This document shows, piece after piece, positions 10,502 through 19,302 of a stretch of DNA of 56,995 nucleotides. Within the stretch, counting starts at the first letter, position 1. Every line of letters begins with the position of its first letter. This DNA comes from an uncultured Acidimicrobiia bacterium (lineage in GTDB: Bacteria > Actinomycetota > Acidimicrobiia > Spongiisociales > JAOTWH01), in NCBI GenBank assembly GCA_964347285.1, contig CAYFYE010000005.1, forward strand, positions 1 to 56,995. Direction: 5' to 3'. The notes under the pieces are model-generated. The model did no database searches. It had not been told where the DNA came from and was given only the letters and a program-made list of their open reading frames with translations. The translations under genes were made by a program, and so were the position numbers.

Positions 10502-11838
10502 CGTTCCTCCAGCCGGGCCTTCAGGACGCAGAACCGCTCGGTCGCCGTGCCCGGCAGCGCCCAAGCGGCGGGCCGTACCCCCACCACCCACACGATCTTG
10601 CCAGCAACGGCGAGGACCGGCCAACGGGCTCGAAGTCGGGGCGGTACCCCGGCCTCAGCCATCGCCGTGCGGGCTTTCTTGGCGCCGTCGGCCAGCGCCA
10701 CCCGTTCCCCTTGCGCGGCCGATCGCAGCTGCGCCTCGGTTCCGAAGGCCGAAGCGTCGAGCACCGTCGTTTGAGTTCCGAGGAAACGGGGACGGGGAGC
10801 CGACTCCGCCACTTCGACGGTGAGATGCCCCATCCAGAAATCGACCGCGCCGGGGATCGGTACCGGCACGGCCGGAGGGGGCTGTCGAACCGGCGCGGCC
10901 AACACCACCCAGGGACCCTCCCTCAGCACTTCGAGACCCGAACCGAGCGTAGCGGCAGGCCCTCCCCGGCTCGCCGCCAGTACCTTGCCCACCTCCTCTG
11001 CGCTCCCGGCATGCGGTCCCCGTACGCCGCGGAGCGCCCGACGCACCGCTCGGGCCGCCACCGGCACCGACAACGAGGCGAGGAGGGCAGCTGGCAGTTT
11101 CACCCAACCATCGCCGATGCGCAAGGGCACACGAGCGGCCGCCTCCTCGAGGACGGCATTGTCGGCCGCGAGGACTTCGGCAGCCCGGCCCAGCGCCTCC
11201 CGAATGGCCGGGTTGTACTCGGATTCGAGAGTAGGAATGAGCCGGTTTCGCAGGCGGTTGCGGAGCGGCTCGACCGAGGCGTTGGCGGGGTCGTCGGCGT
11301 AGGGAAGGGCAAGCTCCTCGGCGGCCCTCCGCACTTCGGCCCGAGGCACGCCCAGCAGCGGGCGCACCCAACGGTCGCGGCTGCGAGGGATGCCGGCCAG
11401 TCCTTCGGCACCGGCCCCGCGCAGGAGGTTGGCAAGGACCGTCTCCGCCCGGTCGTCAGCGGTGTGCCCGGTGAGTATCCACTCGTCGGGCTTGATGGCC
11501 TCCTCGAGGGCGGCAAGCCGGGCCCGTCGCGCCTGGCCCTCAGGCGAAGGGCCGGCCGGGACTTCGACGGTCACCTCGTCGAGGACGAGGCGGAGATGCC
11601 GGGCCACTCGACGGGCCGCTTCGGCCATGAGGTCGCTCGCAGGCAAGCCGTGGTTGACGAACACCGCCCGCACCGGATGCGAACCTTCCTCGATCGCCGC
11701 CCAAGCGCACACGGCGCTATCGGCGCCCCCGCTGAGAGCGATCACGCGCGGACCTCGAGGAAGCCGGATCCGCGACTCGGTGAGTACCCGGAGGGCTGCG
11801 CCGCCCCGGCCTCCGCTCAGGCCACCCGCTGCAGCCAT
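10498..11838 (-). CDS. tilS: tRNA(Ile)-lysidine synthetase
   Basis: PP-loop ALSGGADS, TGHTADDRAET, RPLL, DDPAN, RNRLR, TilS C-terminal region. Start uncertain. Confidence 0.94.
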   Translation of the reverse strand: MAAAGGLSGGRGGAALRVLTESRIRLPRGPRVIALSGGADSAVCAWAAIEEGSHPVRAVFVNHGLPASDLMAEAARRVARHLRLVLDEVTVEVPAGPSPEGQARRARLAALEEAIKPDEWILTGHTADDRAETVLANLLRGAGAEGLAGIPRSRDRWVRPLLGVPRAEVRRAAEELALPYADDPANASVEPLRNRLRNRLIPTLESEYNPAIREALGRAAEVLAADNAVLEEAAARVPLRIGDGWVKLPAALLASLSVPVAARAVRRALRGVRGPHAGSAEEVGKVLAASRGGPAATLGSGLEVLREGPWVVLAAPVRQPPPAVPVPIPGAVDFWMGHLTVEVAESAPRPRFLGTQTTVLDASAFGTEAQLRSAAQGERVALADGAKKARTAMAEAGVPPRLRARWPVLAVAGKIVWVVGVRPAAWALPGTATERFCVLKARLEER

Positions 11839-12851
11839 CGGACCGGCTCTTTGATCTCGTCGAGAGTCGGCAGCGCCTCCGGTCGCGACCAGGCCCGGTC
11901 GAGCATCTCGAAGCCGGCCTCCCGCTCGACGCCCAGTACGAACTTCTCGCCCATCTCATATTGCCGGAACTTCATCTCAAGCCCCACCAGCCGGAAGAAG
12001 GCGCGTGTCCTCGGATCCTGGCGGCGCTGCCGTAGGGCCGCCGACATCCGGCGTTGCGCCGGCAGCTCCCGGGCCCCGATGCGGTCCATGATCACGTGGC
12101 CATGACCCTCCAGAAGGGACATGAGTGCCTGAACCCGATCGATGAGATCCCGCTGTTGCTCGGTGGCGAACAGGCCCATGAGCCCCGCCTCGCCGATCAT
12201 CGGTTCACCAGCCGAAGCCGCCTGACGCAGCTCGGCGGCGGCCCGCGCCATTCGCCCCGGCTCGGGCGTGGCCGACTCGACGAGCTCGTGAACGAGTCCG
12301 AGGAAGTAATCGCGCATCCAGGGGACTCCGGCGAACTGCAGGCGGTGGGTGCACTCGTGAAGGGCCACCCAGAAGCGGAACTGGGCAGGGCGGAACTCGT
12401 GGAGCCGCTCCATCCAGAATACGTTGGCACCCACGAAGTACACGACGTCTCCCCCATTCCCGTTGCTGGTGGGCAGCACCATCTCGTACTGACCGAGCAC
12501 CCGGCGCGACAGCATGCCGAGGAGGGCTCCCAGCTCGGCGGCGACGAGTCGGCCCCCCAAGGCCCGACTGAGCCCGGAGCTGCGTTCGCTGAGCTTGGCC
12601 TCGGCCGGAGCCAGAAGCTTGGAGAAGACGGCGATGTTGCTCTCAGCCCATTGCCGCCGGGTCACCACCGCGACCTCCGGCATGCCGGGCCCAGCGAGGC
12701 GGGTTTCCTCCTCGACGAGCCCGGCGGCCCGTTCCACCAGCCCGGGGGCTTGGCGGGCGAACAGTGCCTCGTGGTAGGTGCCTTCGAGCGGGTAGGTGCC
12801 GGCCACCCGAGCCGCCATCCGGGAGGCCAGCGGCCACCGCACCGTCGTCAT
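11817..12851 (-). CDS. Zinc-dependent metalloprotease (actinobacterial putative hydrolase found upstream of tilS)
   Basis: RVLGQY, WVALHECTHRLQF (HExxH), MSLLEGH, conserved position before tilS. Confidence 0.88.
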   Translation of the reverse strand: MTTVRWPLASRMAARVAGTYPLEGTYHEALFARQAPGLVERAAGLVEEETRLAGPGMPEVAVVTRRQWAESNIAVFSKLLAPAEAKLSERSSGLSRALGGRLVAAELGALLGMLSRRVLGQYEMVLPTSNGNGGDVVYFVGANVFWMERLHEFRPAQFRFWVALHECTHRLQFAGVPWMRDYFLGLVHELVESATPEPGRMARAAAELRQAASAGEPMIGEAGLMGLFATEQQRDLIDRVQALMSLLEGHGHVIMDRIGARELPAQRRMSAALRQRRQDPRTRAFFRLVGLEMKFRQYEMGEKFVLGVEREAGFEMLDRAWSRPEALPTLDEIKEPVRWLQRVA

Positions 12852-13117
12852 TGCTTGACCCGATAGCGGCCCCGTACCCGAACGCCGTAGAGGATCACCA
12901 CAACCACTACGACGATTGTGCTGAGAACGATGGCGGTGGGGACCAGAAATCGAAACGTCCAGGCGTCATCGCCGGCCTCCTCCTCGGCGGGCGGAGCTTC
13001 CAAAACCGGCTCCTGCGCTTGGGCGAGGGAAAGGCCTGTAGGGGGCGACACCGCGACGGGGATGGCCAGCAGGCCGACGACGATGCCGAGGCTGAGCGCA
13101 ACCGAAGAGAGCCTCAC
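12848..13117 (-). CDS. Small membrane protein (N-terminal signal/TM plus C-terminal TM)
   Basis: Two hydrophobic segments and a basic tail; ATGA overlap with the next gene; GTG at 13117 lies 7 nt after a TAACCT -10-like hexamer. Confidence 0.65.
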   Translation of the reverse strand: MRLSSVALSLGIVVGLLAIPVAVSPPTGLSLAQAQEPVLEAPPAEEEAGDDAWTFRFLVPTAIVLSTIVVVVVVILYGVRVRGRYRVKQ

Positions 13118-13164
13118 AGGGCAGAGGTTAACCCCGCCGGCCGCGAGCGACGGCCGCCCCAAAA

Positions 13165-13359
13165 TCAGGTCTCGGGGACGATCCTTCCCCGGAGTCGCGG
13201 AAAGCGGGTGGGCGCATGCGCGTAACAGAACTCCCGTCGGTTGTATCGCGACAGGACCGTGCTGCAGTGCTCATCGGCGCACACTCGAACCGCGTCGTTG
13301 ACCTTGGGGGCGCGGAGACGGCCCCTGATGCGATTCCCCTTGAGAACGTTTTCGGTCAT
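13165..13359 (-). CDS. Small basic Cys/His protein (C-x4-C-x12-C-x2-H)
   Basis: RVCADEHCSTVLSRYNRREFCYAH; ATGA overlap with the anti-sigma stop. Confidence 0.75.
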   Translation of the reverse strand: MTENVLKGNRIRGRLRAPKVNDAVRVCADEHCSTVLSRYNRREFCYAHAPTRFPRLRGRIVPET

Positions 13360-13643
13360 GGCAAATCCTTTCCGGGAGGATCAAACTCGGCACTGGGTCC
13401 ACCGGGGTCCGCAACGCCGTGTTCCCTCAAGAACGCACGAAGGCGCATCATGAGTTCCGGCGGCGGAGGCTCGATGGCCTTGCGTCTGACCAACCTCTTG
13501 AACTCGGCCTCGAAATCGAACTTCGAGCAGCAGGGTGGGCACTTGCGGAGGTGCCGCTGCACCTGCCAATAGCGCCACCGCGACATCTCGTCGTCGAGAT
13601 ACAGGTACACCTGTTCCGTCGCTTTGGCGCACGCTCGCTTCAT
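13356..13643 (-). CDS. rsrA: Zinc-binding anti-sigma factor (RsrA/RshA type)
   Basis: [17 protein letters not shown] (HxxxCxxC ZAS motif); ATGA overlap with the sigma gene. Confidence 0.88.
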   Translation of the reverse strand: MKRACAKATEQVYLYLDDEMSRWRYWQVQRHLRKCPPCCSKFDFEAEFKRLVRRKAIEPPPPELMMRLRAFLREHGVADPGGPSAEFDPPGKDLP

Positions 13644-14209
13644 GTCGAAGGTCCGGCCATTCCTCGTTCCCTTGCAAAATCCCACAACCGCTTCTGAAGG
13701 CCCTTTCTTCCCCGATGCAAGCGCGACATGACGGTGCCGATCGGTATGTCGAGCATCTCGGCAATCTCCTTGTAGGAGAACCCCTCGACGTCGGCCAGAA
13801 GCACCGGGAGCCGGAAGTGATCGGGCAACGCTTCCAAGGCGTCCCGTATGTCGGAGTCAACGATCTGGGCCAGCACCTCGTTCTCGGCGCTGGGAGCCGC
13901 CCCACCCCCGCCCGGTTCACCCATCCGCTTGTAGAGGTAGAAGTCCTCGAGCTCACCCAGCTCCACTTCGCTGGGTCGGCGCTGCTGCTTGCGGTAGCGG
14001 TTGATATACGTGTTGGTGAGGATGCGATACAGCCACGCCTTGAGGTTCGTTCCCGCCTCGAAGGTGTCGTAGGAGCGATAAGCCTTGAGGAACGTTTCCT
14101 GGAGCACGTCCTCCGCGTCGGCCGGGTTGCGGGTCATCCGCAACGCCGCCGAGTACAGCTGGGGGGCGAACGGGAGCGCATCCCGCTCGAAGTCGGCTTG
14201 GTCCGCCAT
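13640..14209 (-). CDS. sigR: ECF sigma factor of the SigR/SigH thiol-stress family
   Basis: [57 protein letters not shown]; followed by a ZAS anti-sigma. Confidence 0.9.
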   Translation of the reverse strand: MADQADFERDALPFAPQLYSAALRMTRNPADAEDVLQETFLKAYRSYDTFEAGTNLKAWLYRILTNTYINRYRKQQRRPSEVELGELEDFYLYKRMGEPGGGGAAPSAENEVLAQIVDSDIRDALEALPDHFRLPVLLADVEGFSYKEIAEMLDIPIGTVMSRLHRGRKGLQKRLWDFARERGMAGPST

Positions 14210-14354
14210 TTGCTCCCACCTTACGGGAGCGATCCATGGTACCGGGGCCCGGGATTCGGGGGCATCATTGCCACCGGCCACGCAGCGTCACTGGGCAGGG
14301 CCGGCACCGGCCACGCTCAGGTAGCGCCCGGTTCGTGCCGATGCCAAGTGCCTG

Positions 14355-16856
14355 ATGCGTTGGGATCGCCGCGAACCCGCCGACGCGCTCACCGGCGACG
14401 CGCTCGGCACCGCCGTCCAGCAGGGTCGGGAGGCAGACTGGGCCGGCGACCTCGCTCACACCTGGCATTTGGCCCGTCTGGTCGGGGCCCTGTCACTGTC
14501 CGCCGGGTCGATCGGCCTTGGCGTGGTCTGGGGGTGGACGGAGGGCATCGCCGCTGGCCTGGCGATCTTGGCCGTTGTCCCGGATGCCGCATGGCGCCTC
14601 AAGCGTCCCGGGGCGGCCCTCCATTCTCTGCTCATCGATCTGGCCGCACTCGGCATCGCCGCCATGATTGCCCAGCCACCTGCGGTCGTGGTGGGCCTGC
14701 CGTTTGCCTACGCAGCTACCACGGCGTTGTTGTTCGAAACGCGGCACACCGCCGTACGACTGATCGGGTACGCCGCCCTGTGGACCGCGGCGGCCGCCGT
14801 CCTGCCGGCCCTCCAGGACGGCCCGGCGTGGCGCGCCGCCCAGATACTCACGCTCGCCATCCCCAGCTACATCGCCTTCGCCGGATTCCTGCTGGCGCTG
14901 CTCCAGGCCAACGCCCGGACCCTGAATCGACTAGAGAAAGCAAGCCGGGGAGCGCGCGCCGCTGCCAGGGCGAAGAGCGACTTCCTGCGCAATATGAGCC
15001 ACGAGGTGCGGACGCCGATGAACGGAATTCTCGGCATGGCCGAACTGATGCTCGACTCCGACTTGTCGGAAGAGCACAGGGACTATGCCCAGGTGATCCA
15101 TTCGTCGGGACGATCTCTGCTGGCCCTCATCAACGACCTCCTCGACCTGTCGTGGATAGAGGCCGGGAAGATCGAGATCGAACGCGCCCCCTTCAAGGTG
15201 AGGGACACACTCGCCGACATCTTCGAACACCACCGCCCGAAGGCTGACGCCAAGGGCCTGCGCCTCGATCTCTACGTGGCCTCAGCGACGCCCGAGGTGC
15301 TGGTCGGGGACCCGGGTCGGTTTCGGCAGATCGTCACCACCCTCGTCTCCAATGCCGTCAAGTTCACCCACGAGGGCTACGTCTGGGTGAGGGTGGGAAT
15401 CGACTCGGTCGATGCCGGGCGGGTGGTCGTGCACACCGAGGTGCAGGACACCGGCATCGGGATCGCTCCTCACGCGCAAGACAACATCTTTGGAGCGTTC
15501 AGCCAGGCGGATGGTTCGCTGACTCGAGAGCACGGGGGATCGGGAGCCGGGCTGGCCATCGCCTCGCGACTGGCCGGCCTCATGGGGGGCGCGATCTGGG
15601 TCGACTCCGTACCGGGTCGAGGAAGCACGTTCCATTTCACCGGTGAGTTTGGAACCGAGGTGCGGCCCGCCCCGGCTCGGGTAGAGGCCCGACCGCTCGA
15701 GTCTCTTTCGGCCGTGGTGGTGGCGGACACCGGAACATCTCTCGACAAGCTCGACGCCGTCTTGAGCGACCTCGGTATTCAGTCGCTCAAAGTCCCGACT
15801 CTCGGGGATGCGTTGACCGCTCTGTCGCGAGCCAGGAACGAGAACGAGCCTTTCGCGCTCGCCATCGTGGACGTGAGAGAAGGCCTGGGTGCGGCCCAGA
15901 GACTGAGCGAAACAGGTCATCTCGCCGGAACGAAGCTGGTCTTGCTGACGCCGCAGGGCCAACGGGGGGATGCGGCCCGGGCCCGGGAGTTGAACCTGGC
16001 CGCCTATCTGACCAAACCCATCGACCGCAGCAGCCTGGCCGAAGCCATTCGGCTGGTCGCCGCCAAGCCGGCCGGCGCCGATGGGGAACTGGTGACCAAG
16101 CATTCTGTTCGGGAGCTCCGGCAGATCAAGAGAGTGCTCGTTGCCGAGGACAGCCCGACCAACCGCCTCATCGTCCAAAAGCTCCTCGAGCGCCACGGCT
16201 ACGAAGTCGACTCTGCCGAAGACGGGTTCGACGCCGTGGAGGCATGGAGCCGAGGCCGCTACGACATCGTCCTCATGGACATCCAGATGCCCCGCATGGA
16301 CGGGCTCGAGGCGACTCAGGAGATCAGGCGCCGGGAACAGGGCAGGGGCGAGCACATCCCGATCGTGGCGCTGACGGCCCATGCCCTGCGTGGAGATCGG
16401 GAACGGTGTATCGGGGCCGGCATGGACGAATACCTGACAAAGCCCCTCCGGATTCAGGAGCTCCTGGCGATCCTGGGATCGGCAGGGGAGGTCCACGAAG
16501 GACCGAGTACCGAATCGCCGCCGGTCTTCAACAGCGAGACCGCCCTCGAGCTGTTTGGCAACGACCGCGAGCTCCTCGCCGGAATTCTGGAGGCCTTCCT
16601 CAAGGACTGCCCGGGTCAGCTGGCAGAGATCGCCCAGGGCGTCGACGATCGCAACGCCAAGGCAGTCCAGCGACACGCTCACAAGCTCAAGGGCGAGCTC
16701 GGAAACCTGGGGGCCGATGCCGCCTACCTCGCCGCCTCGGAGCTGGATCGGGTCGCCCGACTGGGCCGGTGGGACCAGATCGAAGAGGCATGGTCGGTGC
16801 TCGAAAGGGAGATGAGGCGATTGGAGCCGACACTCCAGGACGTGGCCGCCAGCTGA
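14355..16856 (+). CDS. Membrane hybrid sensor histidine kinase (TM region-HisKA-HATPase-REC-REC-HPt)
   Basis: MSHEVRTPMNG, NAVKFT, DTGIGI, GSGAGL, REC LVAEDS..LMDIQMP..YLTKP, HPt HAHKLKG. Confidence 0.93.
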   Translation: MRWDRREPADALTGDALGTAVQQGREADWAGDLAHTWHLARLVGALSLSAGSIGLGVVWGWTEGIAAGLAILAVVPDAAWRLKRPGAALHSLLIDLAALGIAAMIAQPPAVVVGLPFAYAATTALLFETRHTAVRLIGYAALWTAAAAVLPALQDGPAWRAAQILTLAIPSYIAFAGFLLALLQANARTLNRLEKASRGARAAARAKSDFLRNMSHEVRTPMNGILGMAELMLDSDLSEEHRDYAQVIHSSGRSLLALINDLLDLSWIEAGKIEIERAPFKVRDTLADIFEHHRPKADAKGLRLDLYVASATPEVLVGDPGRFRQIVTTLVSNAVKFTHEGYVWVRVGIDSVDAGRVVVHTEVQDTGIGIAPHAQDNIFGAFSQADGSLTREHGGSGAGLAIASRLAGLMGGAIWVDSVPGRGSTFHFTGEFGTEVRPAPARVEARPLESLSAVVVADTGTSLDKLDAVLSDLGIQSLKVPTLGDALTALSRARNENEPFALAIVDVREGLGAAQRLSETGHLAGTKLVLLTPQGQRGDAARARELNLAAYLTKPIDRSSLAEAIRLVAAKPAGADGELVTKHSVRELRQIKRVLVAEDSPTNRLIVQKLLERHGYEVDSAEDGFDAVEAWSRGRYDIVLMDIQMPRMDGLEATQEIRRREQGRGEHIPIVALTAHALRGDRERCIGAGMDEYLTKPLRIQELLAILGSAGEVHEGPSTESPPVFNSETALELFGNDRELLAGILEAFLKDCPGQLAEIAQGVDDRNAKAVQRHAHKLKGELGNLGADAAYLAASELDRVARLGRWDQIEEAWSVLEREMRRLEPTLQDVAAS

Positions 16857-16917
16857 CCGGCCGCGCCGGACGTTGCTCCGGCGACTTCTTCGGCGGGCGG
16901 TACCATCCGGGGCGTCG

Positions 16918-16993
16918 GCCGGGGTAGCTCAGACGGCAGAGCAGCTCACTCGTAATGAGCAGGTCAGGGGTTCGAGTCCCCTCCCCGGCTCCA
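16918..16993 (+). tRNA. tRNA-Thr (anticodon CGT)
   Basis: GCCGGGG/CCCCGGC acceptor stem, D arm GCTC/GAGC, anticodon arm GCTCA-CTCGTAA-TGAGC, T arm AGGGG-TTCGAGT-CCCCT, encoded CCA; 76 nt. Confidence 0.97.
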
Positions 16994-17071
16994 GGTGTTG
17001 CCCGATGATGCCGGCCCTCGGATCGTGCATCGGCGCCGGCTGGAGCAGGGGTCGTGGCTGCATTGCCTCGA

Positions 17072-19294
17072 CTAGCCGGGCAACAGCGACCGGAGTGCAC
17101 GAGCTCCGAGCCGTTGTTCGGGATCTGCTCGGCCGTCCTCTCCAAAATGGACGCCCTCTCCCTCGAGTATCTCCGCTGGATCGGTCCCCTCGTTTGACGG
17201 GCCGGAGACCGCTCGCCCGAATCGATCCAGGACTCGATGTGGGTTGGGACAACCATCGTGATTGCGGAGGTGGGCACCGACTGGGCTCGGGCGAGAATCG
17301 ATCACGGTGGCCAGATCGCCGTACGTGGTCCAGCGGCCCTCGGGGATCCTTGCCAGGATTCCGTGAAGGTCGCTCCAATCCCTTCGCTCGTTGCCGCCCT
17401 TCACCGTGCGTTGCTGCCGCCTCGACCCATCTCCGCCGTCGCGACGGGCTTTGGATCCGAGCACTCGAACAACCGTTGTGACCGGCTCACCTTGTTTCTC
17501 CAGACCACCGCCGTTGCCCCGACCAAGGCCGGCAGTTGCCGGCGGCTCGGTGTGGACCTCCCTCCCAACGGCCGCCTCCACGACATGGCCGTCCTCGACC
17601 CGGATGACCGTGTCGCACAGTTCGAGTGTGCTGAGGCGATGGGCGATCAAGAACGTGGTTCGGCCGGCGCTCAAGTCCCGTAGCGCCTCGATGATCGTGG
17701 CCTCGGTCCCCACGTCCACCGAGCTGGTCGGCTCATCCAGCACCAGCAGCGGTGCATCCTTCAGGAACGCCCGAGCGAGGGCGATGCGCTGGCGCTCTCC
17801 GCCGGAAAGCAGCACGCCACGGTCACCTACCGGTGTTTCATAGCCGCGCGGCAGGCTGGTGATGAAGTTGTGGATCCCGGCGGCACTGGCCGCGGCGACG
17901 ACCTCTTCGTCACGTGCCTCGGGGCGGGCATAGGCGATGTTCTCGGCGATGCTCGCCGAGAACAGGATGGGGTCCTGGAGCACGATTGCGTACTGGTGGC
18001 GCAGGTCGGCCAGCCGATAATCTCTGAGATCGACGCCGTCGAGGAGGATCGCGCCGGCGGTGGGGTCGTAGAAGCGCATCAGCAGGCTCACGAGGGTCGT
18101 CTTGCCTGCACCGGTCGCGCCGCTGATGCCTACGGTCGCCCCCGGCTCTACCTCGAGGTTCACGCGGTGGAGCACGATGTTGCCCCCGTGATAGGAGAAG
18201 TCGACATTGCGGAAGACGACTGCCCCCTGGGACCGCTTCAACGCTCTGGCATTCGGTCGTTCGGCGACGTCGGGGGCCTCATCGAAGAGTAGGAAGGCCC
18301 GCTCGGCGCCCGCCAGGGCATTCTGCAGGCCGGCCGCCTTGCGGCTCATCGTCTTGAGCGGGGAGTACAGCTGGGCCAGGTAGCCCAGGATGAGTAGTAG
18401 TTCGCCGAGCGTGATCACACCGGACTCGACGTGCCGGACTCCGATGTAAAGAACGGCGGACGTTCCCCCGGCCATGATGAGGGTGACCACCAGGCCGAAG
18501 GCCCCTTCGGCCAGCAGCAACCGGACCCGCCCCCGCAGCCCGGCCAGCGAGCGATCCTCGAAGCGTCCCTGCTCCCTGTCTTCCTGACCGAAGGCCTTGA
18601 CCACACGCAGGGCCGAGAGGACCTCCTGGACGACCGAGAAGGCAGCGCTGTCGAGGTCCTTCACCTCTCGGGAACGGCGCCGGATGCGTGGCCGCCACAG
18701 CGCCAGCGAAGTGAACAATGCCGGGGCGACCGCCATTGCGACCAGGGAAAGCTGCCAGTCGATACGAGCCGTCACGAAAATCATCGCAGCAACCATGACC
18801 CCGGCGGTGAAGAACGGAATCACGCCGTCGATGACGACGCGCTGGATCGAGGGTGCGTCGTATTGCAGCCTGAACAACAGATCCGCCACACCCTTCTGGT
18901 CTGCATAGGAGAAAGACAGCCTTTGCAGATGGCGGAAGAGCCGGGAGCGAAAGTCCAAGACGAGCTTCTCGCCGGTCCAGGTGCTGAGCACAGGGGCGGC
19001 GTATTCCTGCAACTGGGTCAGCACTGCCACCACCAGGAGGAGCGTCACAGCCACCAAGAGCAGGACCGTGTCGGAGGCGCCGTCGGGGACAAGACTGTCG
19101 AGGACTCCCGGCAACGGGTGGGGGCCCAGAACACTGTCGACGGCGATCGCCAACGGGACCGGCGCCAGCAGAGCCAACGGGGTCGAAAGCAGCCCAATCA
19201 GGAAGATCCCGGCGATGGGCAGCCGGTACGGCCTCGCCAGGTCGAGCAGACGTCTGAAGAGGCCCAGGTCGCTGTATGGAGAAACGGACGACAT
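17072..19294 (-). CDS. ABC exporter (TMD+NBD, MsbA/NdvA-like) with C-terminal alkyltransferase-like (MGMT/ATL) domain
   Basis: ATG at 19294 (MSSVSPYSDL); multi-TM region, GATGAGKTT, LSGGERQR, LDEPTS, AHRL. The frame continues through a linker into IPEGRWTTYGDLA...PVG...NPHRVL. Confidence 0.88.
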   Translation of the reverse strand: MSSVSPYSDLGLFRRLLDLARPYRLPIAGIFLIGLLSTPLALLAPVPLAIAVDSVLGPHPLPGVLDSLVPDGASDTVLLLVAVTLLLVVAVLTQLQEYAAPVLSTWTGEKLVLDFRSRLFRHLQRLSFSYADQKGVADLLFRLQYDAPSIQRVVIDGVIPFFTAGVMVAAMIFVTARIDWQLSLVAMAVAPALFTSLALWRPRIRRRSREVKDLDSAAFSVVQEVLSALRVVKAFGQEDREQGRFEDRSLAGLRGRVRLLLAEGAFGLVVTLIMAGGTSAVLYIGVRHVESGVITLGELLLILGYLAQLYSPLKTMSRKAAGLQNALAGAERAFLLFDEAPDVAERPNARALKRSQGAVVFRNVDFSYHGGNIVLHRVNLEVEPGATVGISGATGAGKTTLVSLLMRFYDPTAGAILLDGVDLRDYRLADLRHQYAIVLQDPILFSASIAENIAYARPEARDEEVVAAASAAGIHNFITSLPRGYETPVGDRGVLLSGGERQRIALARAFLKDAPLLVLDEPTSSVDVGTEATIIEALRDLSAGRTTFLIAHRLSTLELCDTVIRVEDGHVVEAAVGREVHTEPPATAGLGRGNGGGLEKQGEPVTTVVRVLGSKARRDGGDGSRRQQRTVKGGNERRDWSDLHGILARIPEGRWTTYGDLATVIDSRPSPVGAHLRNHDGCPNPHRVLDRFGRAVSGPSNEGTDPAEILEGEGVHFGEDGRADPEQRLGARALRSLLPG

Positions 19295-19302
19295 CGATGC
19301 CC

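Noticed and set aside
13535..15247. 570-aa plus-strand ORF over sigR and the kinase
   Set aside because: Overlaps well-supported genes in other frames; low-complexity composition.
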